Positions 9,586 through 19,118 of a stretch of DNA of 19,627 bases are shown piece by piece (position 1 is the stretch's first letter; every line of letters starts with the position of its first letter). Source of the stretch: Octopus sinensis (Eukaryota); assembly GCF_006345805.1 (NCBI RefSeq), contig NW_021824136.1, forward strand, positions 1 to 19,627. The letters are read 5' to 3'. The notes under the pieces were generated by a model. The model did not search any database. It had not been told where the DNA came from and was given only the letters and a program-made list of their open reading frames with translations. The position numbers and the translations under genes were made by a program.

Positions 9586-9990
9586 GTGACGAGCGGGCAG
9601 AATCGTTAGCACTCTGGGCGCAATGCTTAGCGGTATTTCGTCTGTCTTTACGTTCTGAGTTCGAATTCCGCCGAGGTTGACTTTGCCTTTCATCCTTTCG
9701 GGGTCGATAAATTAAGTACCAGTTACGCACTGGAGTCGATATAATCGACTTAATCCGTTTGTCTGTCCTTGTTTGTCCTCCCTGTGTTTAGCCCCTTGTG
9801 GGTAGTAAAGAAATAGAAATAGGTATTTCGTCTGCCGCTACGTTCTGAGTTCAAATTCCGCCGAGGTAAACTTTACCTTTCATTTTTTCGGGGTCGTTAA
9901 ATTAAGTACTAGTTGCGTACTGGGGTCGATCTAATCGATCGATGCCCTCTCCTAAAATTCCAGGCCTTGTGCCTAGAGTAAAAATAAGAA
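9586..9990 (+). mobile_element. Second heterodimeric SINE family B copy
   Basis: Same two-monomer layout and the same junction aaagaaatagaaataggtatttcg as 5499-5900. A further decayed head follows at about 9990-10050. Confidence 0.9.
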
Positions 9991-10399
9991 TCGTTAGCAC
10001 GCTTAGCAGCATATCGTCTCTCTTTATGTTCTGAGTGTCGACTTTGCCTTCTTTATAGAACTAATTTACTTCTGGTTGATCTGAAAATGGCAAATGAAGA
10101 CACACCCAGAAAAATTTGCAACGCATTGATCTATGCATGTGGTTTGTCAAATGTGTTTCTTAGAGTATCGACAAAGTGAAACGTTGCCATTCGATAACTA
10201 AATTAATATCCCAGAGCTGCAGCATGTGTTGTGTAGTCGATATGTTCGGTAATACGTAGCAAGTGGCGTAACCTAGAGCTAAGAGTATAAGAGAAAAATA
10301 CATTTTATATTTTCTTAATATACAGCACAGATGTCCCCTTGATCGAAACTGCCCTTTGCAAAGAAATAGATCAGAACCTAGTCGTCTACAAATATACCA

Positions 10400-10402
<3 letters not shown>

Positions 10403-10455
<53 letters not shown>
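10403..10455. repeat. (TA)n microsatellite
   Basis: Perfect run. Confidence 0.97.
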
Positions 10456-10459
<4 letters not shown>

Positions 10460-10612
10460 ATTGAGTAGTTGAATGAATTATCTTATTATGGATAATTCGG
10501 TTAACCGATACCTGGGTAGCAAATTCACGTCAGAAAAACACGGTTGAAGCTACATGCCTAGGGCAGAGATCACGTGCTATCGTGTGGAAATTTGTGTGTT
10601 TTTTTTTAATAC

Positions 10613-10756
10613 AAATAAATGAAAGAATGGAGTTGAACGACGAATGAACAAAATCCCTTTATTTTATTTTCGACATATGTTTCGAAGGCTGCATGTCGAA
10701 AATAAAATAAAGGAATTTTGTTAATTCGTCGTTCAACTCCATTCTTTCATTTATTT
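10613..10756. repeat. Near-perfect inverted repeat: 64-bp arms, 16-nt spacer
   Basis: 10613-10676 matches the reverse complement of 10693-10756 at 62/64. Confidence 0.95.
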
Positions 10757-10779
10757 ATATATATATACATATATATTTA

Positions 10780-10988
10780 CATAATCGCTCGACTATCAAG
10801 GGTGTCACGTTCCAAACACACCCTCGCGAAAATCCGCGAAGTAAAAAACAGTACGGCACTGTATACTTTTTTCATTATTTTTATAATTTGTGTGTATTTT
10901 TTTGTTTTTTTGTTACAAAAGCAAATCAACGCCACGGAGGAATCGACGTAAGCTTAAATAATAACCGCGATACGATGAGGGATTACTG
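10780..10988. mobile_element. TcMar Tigger/pogo-type MITE with TA target duplication
   Basis: The right end reverse-complements to CAGTAATCCCTCATCGTATCGCGG; the left end is CA-TAATCGCTCGACTATC. TA flanks both ends (10778-10779, 10989-10990). Internal aaaatccgcgaagta is as I recall from Tigger-like MITEs. Confidence 0.75.
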
Positions 10989-10989
10989 T

Positions 10990-10992
<3 letters not shown>

Positions 10993-11061
<69 letters not shown>

Positions 11062-11083
11062 GTGTGTGTGTGTGTGTGTGTGT
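10993..11083. repeat. (TA)n then (TG)n
   Basis: Directly visible. Confidence 0.97.
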
Positions 11084-11149
11084 GCCCTGTTTATAAATCT
11101 GTTATAGAGGTTGCATTTATTATATCATACCTTGGTACTATGTAGATGA

Positions 11150-11238
11150 AGATCCCTGTTGGTAGGCCACTAAGGGTCCATTCGAAGAAAACAGGAACCC
11201 CGGGATCCATAGGTAAAAAAAATGGTTGAAAACCACTG
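11150..11238. mobile_element. One end of a hAT-type non-autonomous element
   Basis: ggttgaaaaccactg at 11224-11238 reverse-complements to CAGTGGTTTTCAACC, a Charlie-like hAT TIR. The partner TIR was not found. Confidence 0.5.
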
Positions 11239-11355
11239 ACTTAGATAAATCAGGAACACCATTAATGAAAAGGCTCATTGTTTCGAAAGCCCCCCCCCCC
11301 ACCAAAAAAAGGGGGAAACGTAAAGATCATTTTCTCTGATTTCCCCTCTTGACCA

Positions 11356-11750
11356 TTCTTTTATTCTTTTACTTGTTTCAGTCATTTGACTGCGGTCATG
11401 CTGGAGCACCGCCTTTTTTAGTCGAGAGCAAATTAACTTATTTTTTGTAAACCTAGTACTTATTCTATCGGTCTATTGTTGCCGGGCTGTTAAGTTACGG
11501 GGGCGTAAATACACCAGCATCGGTTGTCAAGCGATGTTGGGGGGGGGGACACAAACGCACAAGCATACACACACACATACATATATACGATGGGATTCTT
11601 TTAGTTTCCGTCTACAAAATCTGCTCAGAAGGCTTTGGTCTGCGCGAGGCTATAGTAGAAGACACATGACCAAGGTGCCACGCAGTTGGACTGAACCCGG
11701 AACCATATGGTTGGCAAGCAAGCTACTTACCACACAGCCATTCTTGAGCC
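11356..11750 (-). mobile_element. Near full-length SINE family A
   Basis: Reverse complement aligns from head (tggctgtgtggtaagtagcttg) to tail (actgaaacaagtaaaagaataaaaga) with 2015-2441. Confidence 0.9.
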
Positions 11751-11897
11751 TGTTCAAGATAGCTTAGCTTTTTTGTCACCTGCCTCAGCTTATCAAATCA
11801 AAGACAACACTTGCGTCAATCCTTTAACAAACAATCTATTGACACAAGCTGGTAGCTCTTGCGAAATTTATTGAAAAATCTTGGCACATATACGAGA

Positions 11898-12235
11898 CTC
11901 TTTTACTCTTTCACTTGTTTCAGTCATTGGACTGCGGCCATGCTGGGGCACCGCCTTTTAGTCGAACAAATCGATCCCAGGACTTGTTCTTTTGTGAGCC
12001 TAGCAATTATTCTTTTACTTTTATCAGTCACTGGACTGCGGCTATGTTGGTTGATCATCACCACGAAGCGCTTAGTCGAATAAATCGACCCTCGTACTTT
12101 CTTCTTCTTCTTCACCTTTAAGTTTGGTACTTATTCTGTTCATCTCTCTTGCTGAACCGCTAAGTTACGGAACGTACGCTAACCAACACTCGAGTGATGT
12201 GCGCTGGAAACAAACACAAAGACACACATACACTA
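11898..12235 (-). mobile_element. Two stacked SINE family A 3' portions
   Basis: cttgtttcagtcattggactgcggccatgctggggcaccgcc near 11915 and tcagtcactggactgcggctatg near 12025. The second continues into the body (gctgaaccgctaagttacgg). Confidence 0.8.
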
Positions 12236-12250
12236 TATATATATATATAT

Positions 12251-12448
12251 ATAATTATAATTAGGGTTTAGCCAATTGCAACACCACGTCGTGTTGATTC
12301 ATTGTTAATTCATTGTTTTTCTCTTTGCCTTCGAAAAAAGTATGTTTACCGTCATGGAGATTCTTATAGTAGCAGAAAAGGAATTTTAACTCCTATTTCT
12401 AAATTCGGTATGTGGTGAAGCAATTAGCTAAACCCTAATTATAATTAT
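12251..12448. mobile_element. 198-bp element with TIRs (22 bp perfect, about 36 bp with 3 mismatches)
   Basis: ataattataattagggtttagc at 12251-12272 and gctaaaccctaattataattat at 12427-12448. The left end abuts (TA)n. Confidence 0.8.
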
Positions 12449-12586
12449 GTGGATAATTTTACCTATAAAGGTTATTTTAACGTACCGATCTACTTGGTAA
12501 AATTATTAATTAATTGATTAACTTAATTAATTAATTATTTAATTTAATTAATAAATTTTCCCCTTCTATTATTAATGTATATATAT

Positions 12587-12702
12587 ACACGATGGGTTTC
12601 CACTTAGTTTCCGCCAACCATATTCGCTTGCACGACATCGGTCAACTCGGAGCTATAGTAGAAGACATTTTCCCAAAGATGTCGCGCAGTGGGATTGAAC
12701 CA
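12587..12702 (-). mobile_element. Degenerate SINE family A head
   Basis: agtttccgcc...gctatagtagaagacatttt cccaa...cgcagtgggattgaacc. Confidence 0.75.
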
Positions 12703-13230
12703 GCACAGTGGGTCTCTTTGTAGTCTGGAAAATAAGTACAAGTAATATATTGTGTAAACACAGTCCTGTTCGGTACCACCACCCGCTCTTTGTACATAAA
12801 TTATTTCGTTTGGTGTCTTAGTCAAAATCATTTTTTTTTTACCTCACTTTATTCCCTTGCCTAGTACTTTACGCCATTTTTTTTTCGTTTGTCTGCAAAG
12901 AAGTAAACCATTAACCATCCAGTTACATACACACCTATCTTTGCCCCCCCCCAAGAAAACACACACACACACACATTAAATAAATAAAAAGAAGCTAAAT
13001 AAATAAATAAATAACATCGCAGCATAAGTTTAATTTAATTTCTTTCTACTACCGTAGCTTGCAATTTGCCGGCAAGGAAGCTGCCATTAGAAATTTCTTA
13101 AAAGCTATTCCGTTTAAAAATATAATTTTTTGGTTTTTGTTTTTGGTTTAACGTGGGTTTTTTTTAATTATTTGTTTCCTTCTCTTTTCTGGCTTCAATC
13201 TTAAAGATTTTCGTTCAGTCTAGTTTCAAG

Positions 13231-13282
13231 TGACGCAGTATATAACATCGTTGAAAAAAAGCGTCCATCTTTTGTCACGTGA
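13231..13282. promoter_or_regulatory. Motif cluster: CRE-like TGACGCA, TATATAA, YY1-like ccatcttt, E-box GTCACGTGA
   Basis: Motifs at 13231-13237, 13239-13245, about 13265-13272 and 13274-13282 in non-repeat sequence. Function not shown. Confidence 0.3.
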
Positions 13283-14162
13283 TTTTAACAGGGCTGAAAA
13301 ATGTAACATGTTTGTGACATAAAAGCGGAAGAAGATTAAAATAAACACACACATATATATATATATGTGTGTGTGTATATGTGTTTGTGTGTGTGTATTA
13401 AAATATTTATATGTATATATATATGTATATATGGACAAAAGACAGTAAAAACGAAATTGTCGTCTGCTACCACCCGCAGAGTCGGCATGGAGATCAGAGA
13501 AGAAAAATATTATCTTATAAGGGTGAAAAAAAAATGGAATAAAAAGAAATGAAATAAGTTAAAGTAAAATACACAAAGTATTTTGAAAGGAAAATATATT
13601 TCCACCAATACTGAGCTTAAATTTTACACTTATTTTCCTGCTTTTATTGCTCTTGTTCCAAACATGGCTGTTTAAGGCTGTTATTGTAGTTAGAATGGTT
13701 ATGTTATGTGTGTAACAATAGTGCTTGTTGTTGGCGTTGGTGAAGATGCCTCTGTTGTTGTTTTTGCTGTTGTTGTTGTTGTCTTTATTTTTTTCGAACA
13801 TGACAGGGTTTTTTTCTCTTTTCTCCCCGTTTGAGTTTGAAGCGATTTAAGATTTTTATTCCTTGCCCTTTTAAATCCTTTGCTTGTCTGGTTAACACAG
13901 CACCCACCATCCGCCACACGCATCTACATACATACGCACACATATTTTATTGACTTCTCTCATTTTTAGAGGTTGCAGTACTTAATACACTCAACTTATT
14001 TCCTACCACTCTTTCCCTGTACACACACACACTTACACACACACATATGTATATATAATGTACACACATAGATGTCAATATATAGCACATTTGTAACAGC
14101 ACAAAAGAACAATTTGTAAATACGAAACAATCATTATTTCATCTCCCTCTTACTCTATCCAA

Positions 14163-14214
14163 CTCAACATACGTAATGGCCTCAACATATGTAATGGCCT
14201 CAACATACGTAATG
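14163..14214 (+). repeat. 18-bp minisatellite, about 3 copies (CTCAACATACGTAATGGC)
   Basis: Units start at 14163, 14181 and 14199. Confidence 0.9.
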
Positions 14215-14624
14215 ATCTCCTATACGCCTTTGCAGATATAGCATAGCCAATGCAGCATTCTCCCTACAGTTTGAAACGCCACATCCCTGAATGTTTTCAC
14301 AAAGCTTAGCAGTGAATTACATTAGGTTATAACTAAAATATCTTAGACATTACTGCTGCTCCAGGTGCACAGATACTCTAAGAGGTGTACCCATAGCCAT
14401 TACATCGTCTCCAAGACAAAGTAAGTGACTGTCAAAGATTTTTTCTCCCACGAGCTATGGTATGATTGCTGAACCACACACGACCATATTTTCGCCAAGT
14501 AAATTTAATATCAACCTCATCGGCCTCACCGTTCCGACATCCAACTATTTAGAACATTCACTTGTTTATATTCACGTGTGTGTGCACGCGCATCCACGTG
14601 TGTGTGTGTGTGCATACTTTACTT

Positions 14625-14809
14625 GTGGGTTAATAAAGCTACCAATGGTTTCATGTGTAGAGGAACCTTAACAATTATCAAGTTTGCCACATGGGAACGT
14701 TGGTACTCGTCGCCAAAATGGAGATAAGTACGAACGTTCCCATGTGACAGGCTTGATAATTGTTAAGGTTCCTTCTTACATGAAACCATTGATAGTTTTC
14801 TTAACCCGC
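14625..14809. repeat. Foldback inverted repeat: 83-bp arms, 19-nt spacer
   Basis: 14625-14707 matches the reverse complement of 14727-14809 at 71/83, ungapped. Confidence 0.92.
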
Positions 14810-15042
14810 AAACACAGAATGTTTACCCGCCAATGCGGTGTTGAGCACTCATTCTCACTTTTCGACACTAGCGCATATATGTGTATATATGTATATTTCA
14901 CAGATTTTTTTTTATATATATCCGTGAGTGTATGCAGTTATACACTCACACACATATACACACAGGCACACGTAAAAGAATTCTGATTGGTAATGGAATG
15001 AATCACGAGCTTCGGACAAAATAATATATATGTGTATATATA

Positions 15043-15076
<34 letters not shown>

Positions 15077-15236
15077 CCCCCCTCTCTCTCTCTCTATATT
15101 AATATATAGAGAGAGAGAGAGAGAGAGATGTGTGTGTATGTATATAGATATATATACATGATAAATATATATGGATATAGAAAAACACCAATGAATTAAT
15201 TAGCCAGACAGCAAACAGTTTAATTGTTAATTAAAA

Positions 15237-15498
15237 GGCGGCCATCATGAACAACATCCAAACTAGGACAAGTAATGCAATTATACAACCGGAAACAGTT
15301 CAAAGGATATTTTATGAGTCATTAAAAAAAATAAAACCCAAAAAAAGGAAAAGTTTTTTCTTTTAATCTTGCAGTAATGGCGTCAAGCTGGATTAGGGTG
15401 GGGTGGGAGGGAGAGTGAAAAAACAACAACAACAACACAAAAAGCAAATGTATAAGAAAAAGTCTGTCACGTGATCAAATCACGTGATAGCCCACCTG
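15237..15498. promoter_or_regulatory. Candidate promoter/enhancer: YY1-like, ETS, AP-1, G-quadruplex, twin E-boxes
   Basis: GGCGGCCATC 15237, ACCGGAAAC 15288, TGAGTCA 15315, AATGGCG 15376, GGGTGGGGTGGGAGGG 15396-15411, TCACGTGA at 15467 and 15480. Confidence 0.4.
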
Positions 15499-15611
15499 TG
15501 TCACAAAAAATGATTGCTGAATGAAGTGATTTTCGTGAATAATTATAAAAGTATTTTATATATAATTTATATATAATAGTATTATATATATTATATTATA
15601 TATATATATAT

Positions 15612-15654
<43 letters not shown>

Positions 15655-15970
15655 GTGTGTGGTGTGTGTGTTGTGAGTGTATATATATATATATTTATGT
15701 ATGTATATGTATGCGTATATATTGATTATTAATTACTTACTCCTAGTAATGAAGTTATGGATAAATAGTTTAAATGATTTACGGTGACCTTTCCAAGAGA
15801 TCTACCGTACATCGGTTTCCGTTTTGCAGGTAAAATACCGAATATTTTATGATTTAGAAATTAAAGACAGAATTAAATATAATATAATATGATGATAATG
15901 TAATATAACGATAATGTAATATATAATATATCATAATATAATAATGTAATAATTTATGATATAATCTGTA

Positions 15971-16028
<58 letters not shown>
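15971..16028. repeat. (TATC)n microsatellite
   Basis: Perfect run. Confidence 0.97.
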
Positions 16029-16280
16029 CAGCTGCGTGTATGTATACACTGACAAACATATACACACAAAAGTATGTATGTATATACATATTAATACATA
16101 TATTTGCGTGTGTGTGTGTCCTCATACACACATATTCACACATATACACACAAAGCAAGAGAGATAGAGAGAGAGAAGGAACTAAGATGAATAAAATTTT
16201 TTCCTGTTCTTGCTCCTATTATAGTTGTCATGAGATGATGATGGTGATGATAATGATGATGGTGTATGTATGTATCTATG

Positions 16281-16746
16281 TCATTATTCAGTTTATTTCA
16301 AGATTTCTTGCCAATAGAGAAAGAAGCGGTTTCTAACCTAGATCTAAGGCTCCTTCATTGGAATTTCAACATCGACAACAGGGTATTTTTGTATGTATGT
16401 ATGTATGTATGGGTGGATAGATGTATGTAATACGTATGTATCTATGTATTCTCATGCATATAGTTGCATATCTGGACATGCTCATATATACTTAAATGAT
16501 AAACTTCTGGAAAGTTTTTACAAATTTTTCCAGTTCCAGTGATGGATTGGATCTGTAGTCTTCTAATTACTTTTCTCCTTTCTGGTTTTGAGAAGCCTAA
16601 TTTCTTACGATTAGTAATAAGGCAGTGTGTTACATATCCCAGGATCCCAATAATTACAGGTATAAACCTGAACTACAGAGATAGAGAGTAACTGTAGATT
16701 TCTCAATAGTTCAGCATAGGTGTTCTCTTTTTCACTGATCTTAAGC
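16281..16746 (-). mobile_element. Second 5'-truncated RLE-type non-LTR retrotransposon (divergent R4/Dong-like family), decayed
   Basis: Minus strand, across frameshifts: LKISEKENTYAELLRNLQLL / FRFIPVIIGILGYVTHCL...LQIQSITGTGKICK / TFQKFII* (TAA at 16492-16494). This parallels the K..EK..KY..L and IPIIxGxLG motifs of RLE C-termini. The 3' UTR ends aataaactgaataatga plus (CATA)n. Confidence 0.78.
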
Positions 16747-17066
16747 TATGTATGTATGTATGTATGTATGTATGTATGTATGTATGTATGTATGTATGTA
16801 TGAATGTATGTATGTATGTATGTATGTATGTATGTATGTATGTATGTATGTATGTATGCATGTAGTATGTATGAATGTATGTATGTATGTATGTATTATG
16901 TATGCATGTGCATGCATGCATGTATGTATGTATGTATGTATGTATGTATGTATGCATGTATGCATGTATGTATGTATGTATGCATGTATGTATGTATGTA
17001 TGTATGTATGTACGTACGTACGTACGCACGCATGCATGCATGCATGTATGTATGTATGTATGTATG
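16747..17066. repeat. About 320-bp (TATG)n array with TGCA/TACG variant blocks
   Basis: Directly visible; source of the MYVC/HTYI ORFs. Confidence 0.97.
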
Positions 17067-17298
17067 CACTCGTGACGATGGTTATCATAATGAGTACATA
17101 TACACAAATAAAGAAGTATTCAAATCGGTCCACATACAAGTACGTGTATTTGTGTCAGCTATGTATGTTTTTTGGTGGGTGTCCGTGGCACAGTCAAGGG
17201 TATAATATAAAGTCGGTGGCACGTTGGAGTTGACACAATCATCAGAAAAAAGCGGGAACACAATGAATTGTTTGGTGCACGAGAATATCTTATATCTG

Positions 17299-17529
17299 TT
17301 TCTTTATTGCCCACAAGGGGCTAAACATAGAGGGGACAAACAAGGACAGACAAACGGATTAAGTCGATTACATCGACCCCAGTGCGTAACTGGTACTTAA
17401 TTTATCGACTCCGAAAGGATGAAAAGCAAAGTCGACCTCGGCGGAATTTGAACTCAGAACGTCACGGCAGAAGAAATACGGCTACGCATTTCGCCCGGTG
17501 TGCTAACGTTTCTGCCAGCTCGCCGCCTT
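17299..17529 (-). mobile_element. Monomeric SINE family B, well preserved
   Basis: Reverse complement runs from aaggcggcgagctggcagaaacgttagc to gcaataaagaaa and matches the first monomer at 5499-5726. No second monomer. Confidence 0.92.
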
Positions 17530-17547
17530 GAAAATCTTATATCATTC

Positions 17548-17663
17548 GCTTGTTTCAGTTCCTAGACTGCAGGCATGGTAGGATTCGGTCTTGACGAAGG
17601 GTTTTGTGGAACTCATCGACCCCCAGTACTTGTATCGTTAAAATCTGGTACTTATTTTATCGG
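17548..17663 (-). mobile_element. Degenerate SINE family A 3' part
   Basis: cttgtttcagtt...gactgcaggcatg...tcgacccccagtact...tggtacttattttatcggt. Confidence 0.6.
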
Positions 17664-17878
17664 TTTCGAAATAACCTCACCTCTTTCAGAAGAACATAGA
17701 AAGGTTTCGCGATAAACATATCTGTGGGGTTTGTTTTTCACCTTTGAACATTTGGTACAAAGATTGTTTTTAATTTATTGCGATTCTAGCTTTTAGCTCA
17801 GTACGAAACACACACATACACACGTGTACATGTGCATGCTCTAACAGAGTAATTAACATAAACACACACAGAGACGCT

Positions 17879-17911
<33 letters not shown>

Positions 17912-18877
17912 TATATATATAATATATGTATGTATGTATATAAAGCATTGTGAATGAGAGAGGAAGCGGCTGTTATCAAGCGACGGATAGAATTTATAAA
18001 GGTTAAATGGGCTAAGAAAAGAGATAGACGTAGGAAGAGTATCGTAGCGAGCCGTAAGAGGCCTTGCAACCGATAACCTCGGAAAGCCCCAAGCAAGAAC
18101 ATCTGTCTTTGTGCATAAGTGTCTATATCATTTTGCCTCCTACTCAAGAGCAAGCCTATACCTGGACAGATTTCGAAATTGTACAGGCGTTGCATTACAT
18201 TCTACTTCTCTACTGTAAATCGAGCTAAACCACCATATTGACTTGTCTTTAATGAACGCCATTTTACAACCAGCTCTACGTACTTGCTACACCAGAAGCC
18301 ACAAATAACCAGCATTTCCCTTATTTTTCAATTGTTTTAAGTAAAAAAAAAATTGTATAAAAGAAAGAATATATATATGTTGATTGGTTGAGCAATCTAT
18401 TTTAAATATCTTATATATGTACATAAATAAAAAAAAATGTCTCAAGGCATAGAAGTCTTCTTACGCACATGTGTATATATATATACAATACTTAAAGAAT
18501 CATACAGATCACAGTAAGTTCTCTGTTTGGTGCGTGGCTATCAAGAAAGACCTTCGTTAAAGTTAGAATTTAAGCTCAGCATTGTTCTGGAAATCCAAGA
18601 ATTAATCTATGGAGAGAATTTTTTTTTTCTTAAATAGAATTGAGAAGTAAGGTGAAGTGATTAAATAGATGTTTACGCCGCTAGTTGACAGTTGTTTCGT
18701 AACCTATGTTAGTTACATAAGCGACGCTACATCAAGCACAACACATATAGAAATTATACATGCATACATACATACACATATGCACATTCATATATATATA
18801 TATATATATATTTAACTGTCCAGTAATATAACTAACCGATTACTCTTCAGAACATTTCATGGCAGGTTAAAATATCA

Positions 18878-18917
<40 letters not shown>

Positions 18918-18961
18918 TGTATATATGTGTGTGTGAATATATATATATATATATACATACA

Positions 18962-18995
<34 letters not shown>

Positions 18996-19042
18996 CATAT
19001 ATACATATGCAAATTTACAAAGAAGTAGATGATTGTATATGT

Positions 19043-19118
19043 TCAAGGTACTACACAATGGGACTGAAACCCGATACCTTGTGGTCGGGAAGCAAATTTC
19101 CTGACCGTACAGCCATGC
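19043..19118 (-). mobile_element. Degenerate SINE family A head
   Basis: caaggtactacacaatgggactgaaacccg...acagccatgc parallels 3447-3518. Confidence 0.6.

Noticed and set aside
15821-15836. ttttgcag|gtaaaa recursive-splice-like site (also AG|GT near 19178 and 19262)
   Set aside because: Weak donors, a common motif in AT-rich DNA, and no host intron established.
16703-17233. Six overlapping ORFs of 66-161 aa (MYVC/HTYI repeats)
   Set aside because: They are translations of the (TATG)n array, which lacks stop codons in several frames.
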